Below, in pieces: positions 19,856 through 30,225 of a stretch of 64,000 bases of DNA; position 1 is the stretch's first letter, and each line of letters begins with the position of its first letter. Source of the DNA: Bryobacterales bacterium (lineage in GTDB: Bacteria > Acidobacteriota > Terriglobia > Bryobacterales > Bryobacteraceae); NCBI GenBank assembly GCA_963710565.1, contig CAVQAN010000009.1:756965-820964 (forward strand), read 5' to 3'. The notes beneath the pieces are model-generated. The model made no database searches and was not told where the DNA came from. It saw nothing but the letters and a program-made list of their open reading frames with translations. Both the position numbers and the translations under genes were made by a program.

Positions 19856-20011
19856 ATGGGCCGGATTGGCGTGGCCATCGATTCGGAATTATTGAAGAAG
19901 TTCGAAGACCTCATGGGCAGGCGGGACACAAGAACCGCCCGAGGGTTTCCGCGACGCGATTCGCGACGAATTGGCCGGGCGGGTCCGGGAAGGGGCGGAG
20001 CGGCGGGTGTG
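19856..20011 (+). CDS. Small ribbon-helix-helix (CopG/NikR-N-like) protein, with an apparent 1-bp frameshift near 19925
   Basis: MGRIGVAIDSELLKKFEDLMGRR… then the +1 frame gives …EGFRDAIRDELAGRVREGAERRV-stop. Together this matches the RHH pattern (R.GV.ID.ELL..FD.L…RGY.NRSEA.RD.IR..L). Confidence 0.35.
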
Positions 20012-20049
20012 AGGGGCTTGCAGCACGAGCCGGCGCCGGGGCGTAGAGA

Positions 20050-20679
20050 TCAGGCCTGCTGCCGGGCGCCTGCCGCCACGGGCGCCTGGTTCCGCTCGAG
20101 CGGCTGAGTCTGACGCCACGTGAACAACATGCGGTGAACGACAGTAATGTTGGCTATGACGGCGATCACCCACAGGACCGGCGCCATGCGGTTGAACAGC
20201 GCTCCGATGATGAGCAGCACCATGCGCTCCGGACGCTCCATAAAGCCGGCCTTGCACTTGGGAATGATGCATTCGGCGCGCGCCCGCGTGTAGCTCACCA
20301 TCACCGAACCGGTCATCACGACGGCCGTCAGAACCACGTAGAAGAAGCGGTTAATGGAGGCGTAGTAGACCAGCAGACCCATCAACAACACCAGGTCCGA
20401 GTAGCGGTCCACCACGGAATCGAAAAAGGCTCCGAACAGCGTCACCTGGTTGGTGGCGCGAGCCACCCGCCCGTCCACCATGTCGAAAATGCCGGCCCCG
20501 ATGATGACCAGGGCTGCGGGCACGAAGCGGCCGGCCGCCAGCAGAACCGCCGCGACGGCGTTGATGACCAGGCCGATGAAGGTCAGGGCGTTGGGATGGA
20601 TCCGCGACAGGGCGAGGGCGCGGACGATCAACCGGATGACGGCGTTGCACCCAACGCCGATGGCGCGGGTGTAAGTCAT
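20050..20679 (-). CDS. CDP-alcohol phosphatidyltransferase (PgsA-like)
   Basis: MTYTRAIGVGCNAVIRLIVRALALSRIHPNALTFIGLV…GAGIFDMVDGRVARATNQVTLFGAFFDSVVDRYSD… carries the D-G-x2-A-R-x8-G-x3-D-x3-D motif. Multiple TM helices. Confidence 0.7.
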   Translation of the reverse strand: MTYTRAIGVGCNAVIRLIVRALALSRIHPNALTFIGLVINAVAAVLLAAGRFVPAALVIIGAGIFDMVDGRVARATNQVTLFGAFFDSVVDRYSDLVLLMGLLVYYASINRFFYVVLTAVVMTGSVMVSYTRARAECIIPKCKAGFMERPERMVLLIIGALFNRMAPVLWVIAVIANITVVHRMLFTWRQTQPLERNQAPVAAGARQQA

Positions 20680-21156
20680 AGGCCTTCGCTTCCCTCGTCG
20701 TGTATGGTGGTGAGCTTCGAGGATCTCCATCTCCCGCGTGCCACCAGGAATCTGGATTTTGACCACGTCGCCGACTTCCTTGCCAAGCAGGCCGCGGCCG
20801 ATAGGAGAATTGGTCGAGATCAGGCCTTTGGAAACATCGGCGGCTTCGCTGGTGACCAGCCGGTAGGCGATGCGCTCGTCTTTGCCGATGTCGAGCACGA
20901 GCACGCGGGAACCGAGACCCACCCTATTGTGCGGAATCCGGGAGAGGTCCACCATGGCCCACTCGGTCATGCGCTTCTGGAGCTGTTGCAGACGCGCGTC
21001 GACATAGCGCTGGCGCTCCTTGGCGGCGTGGTACTCGGCGTTCTCGCTCAGGTCGCCATGCGCGCGCGCCTTCAGGATCTCCCGCGGCAACTCGGTGCGC
21101 AACTCGCGTTCAAGCGCAGCGATCTCGTCCTGAAGCTTTTTCTTGAAGTCCTCCAT
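20680..21156 (-). CDS. greA: Transcription elongation factor GreA, with no stop codon before the downstream PgsA-like start in this sequence
   Basis: MEDFKKKLQDEIAALERELRTELPREILKARAHGDLSENAEYHAAKERQRYVDARLQQLQKRM…GDVVKIQIPGGTREMEILE. Classic GreA coiled-coil + FKBP-like domain. Runs in frame into …AHHHTRRGKRRP-MTYTRAIG. Confidence 0.75.
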
Positions 21157-21342
21157 GCCGGGAAGCCAGCTCCTCGATTGCTCATTATAGAGCACGGCGG
21201 GCGGGAGCGCGCGCTGGCGGGGGTGCACAGATCGGCGCGGGAACCGGCGGTCGGGCGCGCGGGGAGGCGGAAACGGCGATCCTACGAGCCAAAACAGCTA
21301 GATTCGACAATGGTTTCGCGCTCTGCTATCCTATGATTATCC

Positions 21343-21603
21343 ATGGGAATTAGAACTCCTTACCCCCAAGGTGCCCAGGTGGAGCACCAGAAGTTTGGCC
21401 TCGGCGCCGTGCTCTCCGCCAACGAGGAATACATCGTCATCAAGTTCGACGACTTCGGCGAGAAGAAGTTCCTGGCCCACATCGTCCTGACGGCGCTAAA
21501 GAAAAGCGACCGGCAGCCTCCGGTCGAGAAGCGGGCGCGCCGCAAGCCGAAAGCCGCTCCCTCCGCCGCTCCCTCCGCGCCCGCCCCGGCTGCCGCGGTT
21601 TAA
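21343..21603 (+). CDS. Hypothetical small protein with Ala/Pro/Lys-rich tail, upstream of purQ (not PurS-like)
   Basis: 86-aa ORF MGIRTPYPQGAQVEHQKFGLGAVLSANEEYIVIKFDDFGEKKFLAHIVL… No match to PurS consensus. Confidence 0.4.
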   Translation: MGIRTPYPQGAQVEHQKFGLGAVLSANEEYIVIKFDDFGEKKFLAHIVLTALKKSDRQPPVEKRARRKPKAAPSAAPSAPAPAAAV

Positions 21604-21687
21604 CCCGCAAGCGGGTCCGTATCCGGCTCATTTCCGGCCCCGCTTGAGGTGTGTCCGGGCCCGGCAGTGTTACACTGGAAGCCTGTC

Positions 21688-22368
21688 ATGAAATTCGGAG
21701 TCGTAGTCTTCCCTGGCAGCAATTGCGATCACGACGCGTGGTATGCCGTGTCGCAAAACCTGGGCCAAAAGGCGGAGTTCCTGTGGCACGATGCGCCGCA
21801 GTTGGGCGACGTCGATGCCGTGATCCTGCCGGGCGGGTTCGCCTACGGAGACTATCTCCGCTGCGGCGCCATCGCCAAGTTTTCGCCGGTCATGGGCGCG
21901 GTGCGGAAGTTTGCCCAGGAGGGCGGGCTGGTTTTGGGTATCTGCAACGGTTTTCAGATCCTGGTGGAAAGCGGATTACTGCCCGGGGCGCTCATCCGCA
22001 ACCGCGGGTTGAAGTTCATCTGCCGTCCCGTGCGGCTGCGGACGGAAACCACGAATTCGCCTTTCACCTCCTGCGCCGGGAAGGGGCAGGTTCTGACTTT
22101 CCCCATCGCGCACGGCGAGGGTTGCTACTACGCGGACGAAGAAACGCTGGACCGGCTCGAGGCGGAAGACCGGGTCGTCTTTCGCTATCTCGATAACCCA
22201 AACGGGTCGCTCCGGGACATCGCCGGAGTTCTGAACGCAGGCCGCAACGTTCTGGGACTGATGCCGCACCCGGAACGCGCCGCCGATCCGCTGATGGGAT
22301 CGACCGACGGCCTGGTGGTGCTGCAATCGATGGTCGCGGCGCTGGCCGCCGAAACGCGCCGGGCTTAA
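21688..22368 (+). CDS. purQ: Phosphoribosylformylglycinamidine synthase subunit PurQ (glutaminase)
   Basis: [20 protein letters not shown]…[21 protein letters not shown]…GICNGFQIL…HGEG…MPHPER. Start is residue 14 of ORF 21649..22368. Confidence 0.9.
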   Translation: MKFGVVVFPGSNCDHDAWYAVSQNLGQKAEFLWHDAPQLGDVDAVILPGGFAYGDYLRCGAIAKFSPVMGAVRKFAQEGGLVLGICNGFQILVESGLLPGALIRNRGLKFICRPVRLRTETTNSPFTSCAGKGQVLTFPIAHGEGCYYADEETLDRLEAEDRVVFRYLDNPNGSLRDIAGVLNAGRNVLGLMPHPERAADPLMGSTDGLVVLQSMVAALAAETRRA

Positions 22369-22405
22369 GGCCGATGGCTGAAAGCTCACGGCGGATGGCT
22401 TCTTC

Positions 22406-24620
22406 ATGACAATTACTCCCGACCTCATCGCCACTCATCAACTCACTCCCGAAGAATACGCCAAGATAGTCGCCCTGCTGGGGCGGGAACCGAGTTACAC
22501 CGAGCTCGGCATCTTCAGCGTGATGTGGAGCGAACACTGCTCCTACAAGAGCTCGCGCCTGCACTTGAAGAAGCTGCCGACGCGTTCGGCGGCGGTGTTG
22601 CAGGGGCCGGGCGAGAACGCCGGCATTATCGACATCGGCGGGGGCTGGGCCATAGCTTTCAAAATCGAGTCGCACAACCACCCCAGCTTCATCGAGCCTT
22701 TCCAGGGCGCGGCGACGGGAGTGGGCGGCATTCTGCGGGACATCTTCACCATGGATGCGATGCCCATCGCGGTCATGGACTCGCTGCGCTTCGGCCCGCT
22801 GGACGACCCGGAATGCGGCCCGCGCAACCGCCGTATCCTCGGGGGCGTGGTCGCCGGCATCGCGCACTACGGCAACTGCTTCGGCGTGCCGACCATTGGC
22901 GGCGAGTGCATCTTCGAGCCGTGCTATAACGGCAACCCGCTGGTCAACGTCTTCGCTCTGGGCGTGTTCAAGAAGGACGAGATCTTCTACGCGCGCGCCA
23001 GCGGCGTGGGCAACCCGGTGGTGTACGTCGGCGCCAAGACGGGCAAGGACGGCATCCACGGAGCCTCCATGGCCTCGGCCGAGTTCAGCGAGGAATCCCA
23101 GCAGAAGCGGCCTACCGTGCAGGTGGGCGACCCGTTCATGGAGAAGCTGCTGCTGGAGGCCTGCATCGAGGCGATGCACACCGGCGCCGTGGTCGGCATT
23201 CAGGACATGGGCGCCGCCGGTCTGACTTGCTCGACTTGCGAGATGGCGAGCCGCGGCGGCACGGGCATCGAGATCGACCTGGCGCGGGTGCCGCAGCGGG
23301 AAACCGGCATGACTCCGTACGAGATCATGCTGTCGGAGTCGCAGGAGCGCATGCTGCTGGTGGTCGACAAGGGGCGCGAGGAGGAGGTCTTCCGCGTCTT
23401 CAGGAAGTGGGGGCTGGACGCGGTTGCCGTGGGCGTGGTGACCGACGACGGCAAGATGCGGGTGAGGGATCACGGCCAGGTGGTGGCCGAGATTCCGGCG
23501 CGCGAGCTGGCAGACGAAGCGCCGCTCTACGACCGCCCGCACACGCTGCCGTTCCGAACGGCTCCCATCGACGGCCCGGCCATTCCCGCGGGCAATTCCG
23601 AAGCCGATCTGCTGGCGCTGGTGGCTTCCGGCGACCTGTCCTCGAAGCGCTGGATCTGGGAGCAGTACGACCACCAGGTCCGCACCAACACCACGCAGGG
23701 GCCGGGCGGCGACGCCGCCATCGTGCGCATCAAGGAGACGGGCGCCTCGATGGCCATGGCGCTCGACGGCAACGGCCGCTACGCGTACCTGGGGCCGCGC
23801 GAAGGCGCCAGGCTCGCGGTGGCCGAATGCTGCCGGAATCTCTCGATCGTGGGCGCGGTGCCCGCGGCCGCGACCAACTGCCTGAACTTCGGCAATCCCG
23901 AGAAGCCCGAGATCATGGCGCAGCTCGTCGAGGCCATCGAGGGCATGGCCGAGGCCTGCCGCTTCTTCGAGACGCCCATTACGGGCGGCAACGTCAGCCT
24001 CTACAACGAAACGCTCGGAGAGGGCGTGTATCCCACGCCGGTGCTGGGCGTGGTGGGCCTGCTGCCGACCGGCCGCGCCGGTGACGATCGACTTCAAGGC
24101 GCCGGGCCGCTCCGTGCTCCTGCTGGGCGGATTGGGAGATTGCGATGACAGGCGCTTCGGGTCGAGCCAGTACGCCAAGATCGTTCTGAAGCAGCTCTGG
24201 GGTCTGCCCCCCGCGCTCGACATGGAATACGAGAAACGCGTGCAGGCGGCCATGCGCGCCATCGTGGCCGCCGGACTGGCCGAGTCCGCACACGACCTGA
24301 GCGACGGCGGGCTGGCCGTAGCGCTGGCGGAATGCTCCTTCGGCCCGGCCGGGGTGGGCGCCGCGCTCGATCTGTCGAGCGACCTGCGGCCCGAGTTCCT
24401 GCTGTTCCACGAAGGGCCGTCGCGCATACTCGTTTCGACGGAACGGCCGGGCGAGGTGCAGCGGATCGCCGAACAGCACGGCGTCCCGGCGCTGCCGGCG
24501 GGCACGGCCGTGGCCGGCCGCCTCTCGATTCGCAACCGGGGACGGACGCTGATAGACTGTGAACTGCGGCGCCTCCGCGAGACCTGGGAAGGGGCGCTCG
24601 AGGCGGCACTGCGGGGTTAG
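22406..24620 (+). CDS. purL: Phosphoribosylformylglycinamidine synthase subunit PurL, with an apparent 1-bp frameshift near 24070
   Basis: ORF 22406..24148 (…[18 protein letters not shown]…ESHNHPS…) carries the PurL N/central domains and goes off-frame after …[13 protein letters not shown] 24081..24620 ([17 protein letters not shown]…) is the PurL C-terminus in the next frame. Confidence 0.85.
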
Positions 24621-24691
24621 CGATGTTCGACAAGCTGTACGAACAGTGCGGATGCGGCGAACCGGCGCTCGGGGCTGCGACCAGGGTAACG

Positions 24692-26108
24692 ATGCCCGAC
24701 AAACTGCACGAAGAGTGCGGCGTCGTCGCGGTCTACGGACATCCCGAGGCGGCCAATCTCGCTTACCTGGGGCTGTACGCCCTGCAACATCGCGGCCAGG
24801 AAAGCGCCGGGATGTGCTCCACCGACGGGAAGGAGATTTACACCGTCAAGGAGATGGGCTACGTCGCCGACATTTTCACGCCCGAGCAACTGGGCAAGCT
24901 GCGCGGCCACTCGGCCATCGGCCACACGCGCTATTCCACCGCCGGCACCACCGTGCTGCTGAACGCCCAGCCGTTCGCCGTCTCCTGCAACAAGGGCCTC
25001 ATCGCGGTGGCCCACAACGGGAACATCACCAACGCCGCCGAGTTGCGCCACGAACTCGAGCGCGAGGGCTCCATCTTCCAGGCTTCGAGCGATACCGAAG
25101 TGATCCTGCACCTGGTGGCGCACTCCCGCGAGCGGACGCTGGCCGGCGCGCTGCGCGAGGCGCTGCTGCAGCTCGAAGGCGCCTTCTCGCTGGTGTTCCT
25201 GGCACAGGACCGCGTGATCGTGGCCCGCGACCCGCAGGGCTTCCGCCCCCTGGCCATGGGCCAGATGGAGCTATCGGGCGGCAGGAAGTCCTACGTGTTC
25301 GCTTCGGAAACCTGCGCCTTCGACCTCATCGGCGCGGTGTACCTGAACGAAGTCGAGCCGGGCGAGATGGTGGTTGCGGGACCGGACGGGCTGACGCGCG
25401 AGCGATACTGTCCGGAACAGCCGCGGGCGCAGTGCGTCTTCGAGCACGTCTACTTCTCGCGGCCGGACTCGATCGTCTTCGGCCGCTCGGTGCAGGAATC
25501 GCGCGAGATGCTGGGGCGGTTGCTGGCGCGCGAGCACCCGGCGGAGGCGGACGTCGTGGTACCGGTCCCCGATTCGGGCGTGGCCGCGGCCATCGGCTAC
25601 GCCGCCGAGTCGCGCATCGCCGTTTCGCCACGGGCTGATCCGCAGCCACTACATCGGCCGCACGTTCATCGAGCCTTCGCAGGCCATCCGCGACTTCGGC
25701 GTGAAGCTGAAGCTCAACCCGGTGCGGCACCTGCTGGAAGGCAAGCGCGTGGTGCTGGTGGACGACTCGATCGTGCGGGGAACCACCTCGCGCAAAATCG
25801 TGCGCATGGTTCGCAACGCGGGCGCGCGCGAGGTTCACGTGCGCATCTCCTGCCCGCCCACCCGCTCGCCGTGCTTCTACGGCGTGGATACGCCCACCAA
25901 GCGCGAGCTGATCGCCGCCAATAACACGGTCGAGGAGATCCGCACGTTTCTCGAGGCGGACAGCCTGGGCTACCTGTCCCTGGGAGGCTTGCGCGAAGCC
26001 GTCGCCGACCGCCGCCACGAATACTGCTACGCCTGCTACACCGGCGACTACCCCACCGACCTGGTCAACATCGAAGAGCTCATGACGGCCAAGGAGCGCC
26101 GCGGGTAA
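24692..26108 (+). CDS. purF: Amidophosphoribosyltransferase PurF, with an apparent 1-bp insertion near 25626
   Basis: Propeptide MPDKLHEE then [12 protein letters not shown]…GHTRYSTAG… (Ntn Cys + GATase II), in ORF 24623..25924. PRTase domain …[31 protein letters not shown]…[14 protein letters not shown]… continues in ORF 25701..26108. Removing one g restores [13 protein letters not shown]. Confidence 0.85.
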
Positions 26109-27280
26109 TGCCCGCCCGCATCGCGCCGTCCGCCGAACGCGTCGAGCCCTCGCGCATCCGCGAGCTGGCCCACATCGCCATGGGCATGGAAGGAGTGCTC
26201 AAGCTCTACTTCGGCGAGTCGAGCACGCCCACGCCCGAGTACATCCGCCGCGCCGCGCAGAAGGCGATGGCCGACGGCTACCTGTTCTACACGGAGAACG
26301 CCGGCCTGCCGTCGCTGCGCCGCGCGCTTGCCGATTCCTACCGCACGCTGCACGGCGTGGATCTCGATCCCGAACGGGAAATCGTGGTCACGGCTTCGGG
26401 CGTGCAGGCGCTGAACGTCTCGATCCGCTGCGTGCTCGATCCGGGCGACGAGGCGCTCGTTCTGACGCCGGCGTGGCCCAATGGCGCGGCCAACGTGGCG
26501 CTGGCGAACGCGGTGCCGCGCATGATTCCCCATGTGCTCTCGGGCGGGCGTTACGAGATCGATTTCGATGCGCTCGAGGCCGCCGTCACGCCGCGCACGC
26601 GGCTGCTGATTTACACTTCGCCTTCGAACCCGCTGGGCTGGGTCGCCACTTCCGCGGACCAGGACCGCCTGCTCGATTTCGCGCGGCGCCACGAGCTGTG
26701 GCTGCTCGCCGACGAAGTGTACGAGCGCCTGTACTACCACCCGAAGCCCGGCACGCCCGCGCCTTCCGTTCTCAAGAAGGCGACGCGCCAGGACGCCGTG
26801 ATCGTGGCGCAGTCGTTTTCCAAAACCTACTGCATGACCGGGTGGCGGGTGGGCTGGCTGGTGGCCCGCCCGGATTTGGCGGCCAAGGCGGCGCAGTTGA
26901 ACGAGTTCATCATTTCGCACGCGCCCAGCTTCTCCCAGCGAGCGGCCGAGACCGCGCTGGTGTGGGGCGAAATCGAGATCAAGAAGATGCTGGCGCGCTA
27001 CAAAGAGAACCGCGACTACTGTCTGGCGATGCTCAAGGAGGCGCCCGGTGTCACCGTGCCTGAGCCGGAGGGCGCCTTCTACCTGTTCCCGCGCATCGAG
27101 GGAATGACCGATTCGTTCGACTTTTGCCGCCGCTTGCTGGAAGAGACCAGCGTCGGCCTGGCGCCCGGCGTGGCCTTCGGAGCGGGCGGCGAGGGCTCGA
27201 TCCGCATCTGCTACGCGGCCGAGCGCGAGATCCTCAAGCCCGCCATGGAGCGGCTGGTTGGGTTCTTGCAGGCGCGGTGA
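26108..27280 (+). CDS. PLP-dependent class I/II aminotransferase (AspC-like)
   Basis: 390 aa. …YTSPSNPLGWVAT…LLADEVYERLYY…AQSFSKTYCMTGWRVGW… carries the Lys-containing SFSK motif. Intact. Confidence 0.8.
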   Translation: MPARIAPSAERVEPSRIRELAHIAMGMEGVLKLYFGESSTPTPEYIRRAAQKAMADGYLFYTENAGLPSLRRALADSYRTLHGVDLDPEREIVVTASGVQALNVSIRCVLDPGDEALVLTPAWPNGAANVALANAVPRMIPHVLSGGRYEIDFDALEAAVTPRTRLLIYTSPSNPLGWVATSADQDRLLDFARRHELWLLADEVYERLYYHPKPGTPAPSVLKKATRQDAVIVAQSFSKTYCMTGWRVGWLVARPDLAAKAAQLNEFIISHAPSFSQRAAETALVWGEIEIKKMLARYKENRDYCLAMLKEAPGVTVPEPEGAFYLFPRIEGMTDSFDFCRRLLEETSVGLAPGVAFGAGGEGSIRICYAAEREILKPAMERLVGFLQAR

Positions 27281-27354
27281 GGCACTAGCCCGCGGCTCGG
27301 TACTCGAGCGCGAGCGAGCGGTCCGGAAGCGGATTTGCAGAGGACCGCCGTCTT

Positions 27355-27816
27355 GTGCCTCAAAGCCCCGGCGGTAACGGCATCACGCCCGACGGTCGCT
27401 TTGGCGGGCCGTGGATGGCGGGGGGTAAGGATGATCTGCCCGCTCTTCACGCTAGCGTCCAGGGCATCGCCGGCGCCAAGTCCGAGCTTGCGCCGGGCGT
27501 CTCGGGAAGGCAACGAGCTAATGAAATCCTGACTTGCGCGATCACGGAGTTGGGGTTCGTCCGCGTTCTGTGCCAGGCTCCGCAATATGGATTGACCGTC
27601 GCGCAGTCGAGGACCCTCCTGGTCAGACTCAAGAAGCAGGGAATGGTTCCCTTCAGCTTCATCGCCGACGATCACGACATCTCGCGGCTTCCTGCATGGG
27701 TCAAGACGGGGCGCCAGACCACGGACGGCCATCTGGCGGAGCTGGCACGGGCGCACGATTCCGTGCTTGCGACGCTGGACGAACGAATACCCTCCGCGTT
27801 CGTCATTCCGGGCTAG
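27355..27816 (+). CDS. PIN-domain VapC-family toxin-like protein; N-terminus uncertain, no obvious antitoxin gene
   Basis: …ILTCAITELGFVRVLCQAPQYGLTV…GMVPFSFIADDHDIS…GRQTTDGHLAELARAHDSVLATLDERI matches the VapC subfamily pattern (ATCPITENGFVRI…FWPDD…KQVTDAYLLALA…LATFD). The first ~45 aa of the ORF do not look like a PIN N-terminus. Confidence 0.45.
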   Translation: MPQSPGGNGITPDGRFGGPWMAGGKDDLPALHASVQGIAGAKSELAPGVSGRQRANEILTCAITELGFVRVLCQAPQYGLTVAQSRTLLVRLKKQGMVPFSFIADDHDISRLPAWVKTGRQTTDGHLAELARAHDSVLATLDERIPSAFVIPG

Positions 27817-28029
27817 CCGGGGGCCAACCCCTTTCCCGCAAGGGACCGGTTGAGGTACAGGGACGCTGGTTTATGGCGCGAGTCGTGCCGGCGTGCCGAG
27901 ACGACGGGCGCGAATCTCTCCGCTCCGGGCCGCGCTAGAAGAATACGTCTTTGTGACGCAGCGTGGGTTCAGTATGACATGCACATGCATGCAGAATGCC
28001 GGCCGATCCGGTGCGGGCCCCATGGGGCC

Positions 28030-29031
28030 TCAGCACAGCGACGCCAGCAAGGCCCCCCGTGCCGTCGAATTGAGAGGATCGGCCGCCAGGCGGATCTCGG
28101 AAAGCTCCAGGGGGAACTCTTGCGGCCGCAGAGCCTTTTCGAAGCGCTCGAGGAAGCCGCGGGGCATGGCGCTTCCGCCGGTGAGAACCAGCGGGATGGC
28201 GCGATCGAGCTTGGGCAGGCGTCCGCCGGCGGTGAGCCCCTCGCGTAGCGCCTCCACCACGGTGCGGATCATGTCGTCGTAGTAGACCGTGAGCGCATTC
28301 TGGACGCGGTCTCCGGAGAAGCCGTCGAGCTCGAAGGACTGCTCTTTGAGGATGCGCAGGCGCGTGGCCAGCTCGCCCGTGGCGAGCGCCGCCTGGGCAT
28401 CTACAAAGTCGCCCCCTTTGGCGATGCTGAAGCTCGCCACCGGCAGGGACAGCACGGCCAGGCACACGTTCGACAGGCCGCTCCCGCAGGAGACGCCGAT
28501 ACCGGTGAAGTTCGACGATTCCATCTCGCCGAGCACCACCGCCAGCCCCTCGACAATGGGCTGCGCTTCGTAGCCGAGTTCGGCCAGGACCTGCCGGCAC
28601 GACGCCTCGTGATAGGCGATGCTGGCCTCGCCGCCGGCCAGCGGCGCCGGCACACTGTAGGTCACTCTCTGGGTCTGGCCGCCGGCCCTGCCCAGGAGCT
28701 TGGCGAGGATCGAGCGGATGACGGCGATGGCATGCGGCTCGCGGGGGTTCAACACGCCGTTGAGCATGGGGCGGCGCGCATCCACGTGGAGGACGTCCGA
28801 AAACCGCTGGGCGTCATTCCCCGCCACGACGATCTCACGGCCCTGGACCTCGAAATAGACGCCCTCCTGCCGTAGCAGGCTCTCGGTGAGCCGGGACTGA
28901 GGCAGGGTGACAAAAGCGTTGAGCTGCGCGTCGAATTGCGGCCGGCCGCCCACGCTCCGGGCCACCACGATCCGGCTGGTGCCGATGTCGAGACCGAGCG
29001 GCTGCGTGCGGTCCAGTTCGGCGTTGTTCAT
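28030..29031 (-). CDS. Actin-like ATPase (ASKHA superfamily; ParM/StbA/MreB-like)
   Basis: 333 aa, N-terminal phosphate-1 motif LGLDIGTSRIVVA. Later GIGVSCGSGLSNVCLAV and LVLTGGSAMPRGF match adenosine/phosphate-2 motifs. Confidence 0.55.
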   Translation of the reverse strand: MNNAELDRTQPLGLDIGTSRIVVARSVGGRPQFDAQLNAFVTLPQSRLTESLLRQEGVYFEVQGREIVVAGNDAQRFSDVLHVDARRPMLNGVLNPREPHAIAVIRSILAKLLGRAGGQTQRVTYSVPAPLAGGEASIAYHEASCRQVLAELGYEAQPIVEGLAVVLGEMESSNFTGIGVSCGSGLSNVCLAVLSLPVASFSIAKGGDFVDAQAALATGELATRLRILKEQSFELDGFSGDRVQNALTVYYDDMIRTVVEALREGLTAGGRLPKLDRAIPLVLTGGSAMPRGFLERFEKALRPQEFPLELSEIRLAADPLNSTARGALLASLC

Positions 29032-29057
29032 GGCGCGTCCCCCTGCCGCCCGGCCTG

Positions 29058-29924
29058 CTTACTCGAACGGAAGCACCTCTTCGCGGTGGATGCGTTCGTA
29101 GTACTGTCTCATCCTCAACAGCTCGTCGCGCGTCAGGGGCGCTTTGTCGCTTCTGGCGCGCAGGCAAATGCCCGCCGCCAGTGCGACAAGGACGAGAACG
29201 GCGCCGGCGATCATGACCGTTTGCCGGCCGCCTCCACGCCACAGCGCACCAACACGGACGACAGGCTATTGCCGCTGTTCGCGCCGCTCTGGGGCGTGCA
29301 GAACGAAGCCGCCTCCGCGATGCATTGGGATTCCTGCTGCTTCTCCTTCTGCCAGGCGCGGTAGGCGTCCTGCTGGCGCGCCACCTCATCGACATTCCCC
29401 TGGGTGCGGGCCATGTAGCGGGCGGTGAGGCGATCCAGTTCCGCCTGAATCTCCGCGTTCTCGCGGTTCTTCGCGGCCTCGAACTCCCGCAGGCTGTTCT
29501 GGAGCGCTTCCTCATAGTCGTTCAGGGCGCGCTGGCGCGCCATCGCGTCCTGGAGGAGATCCTCGGTCTCGACACCGGCAACGTCCAGGGCCATAAGCAC
29601 CGCGCAGCGCTTGGCCTCGACCGAAAGCCCCGAGACGTGCGTGCTGTGAACCATTTCGGCGACCTTAAGGATGTCGTAGGCCACTTTGGGCTGCTTGAAC
29701 GACGCGTTCCGGTAGATCTCCTCGAAGGGCACGAAATGGCCAACGGCAGCGCCGGCGCCCTCCGGCCTTGAAGCGGGGCCGGCCGGTTCCGGAGCCAGCC
29801 CGTCTTCCTTGGTCCGAGCCACTGCACCCTGCGATGTGCCGTACGCGGCCGAGCCGTTGCGATGCGATCCATTCGAGGACGCGTCGTCTTCGTGAAGCGA
29901 GAAATGGAAAAATCGTTTGAGCAT
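29058..29924 (-). CDS. Coiled-coil protein with probable C-terminal TM anchor (apparent frameshift near 29215), upstream partner of the actin-like ATPase
   Basis: ORF 29211..29924 is a coiled-coil-rich 237 aa (…ALNDYEEALQNSLREFEAAKNRENAEIQAELDRLTARYMARTQ…). The next frame continues …GGRQTVMIAGAVLVLVALAAGICLRARSDKAPLTRDELLRMRQYYERIHREEVLPFE-stop at 29058. Confidence 0.35.
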
Positions 29925-30225
29925 AGTCCCTCAACCTCCGCGCCGTTGCCTCAGAACCGGCACCGGCGGAATGTCCTCATTGAATGCCATTGGCGAATCA
30001 CTGCTTCGCGTATCACTTTGGCAGTACATTTGAAGTCGCCGTTTTCTCAGCCAAAATGCCCACAGTTACCCGCCATGAGTCCTACAGCGGCGGGGGGTGG
30101 CGACAGATCCGTCGCGGCTCGCGATGGGCGCAGTGGAGGAAGCGGCGGTGGGCGATGAGGCGTCAGGTCAGAAGTGACGCCGTGCGCGTTCAGGGGAGGG
30201 CTGGCGCTCTGGCCGGCACAGAGGG

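Noticed and set aside
19856-20107. ORF 19856..20107 as an 83-aa protein as given in the ORF table
   Set aside because: Only the first ~23 aa look protein-like. Switching frame at ~19925 gives a coherent RHH-type continuation ending at ~20011, so the tabled C-terminal 60 aa are a frameshift artefact
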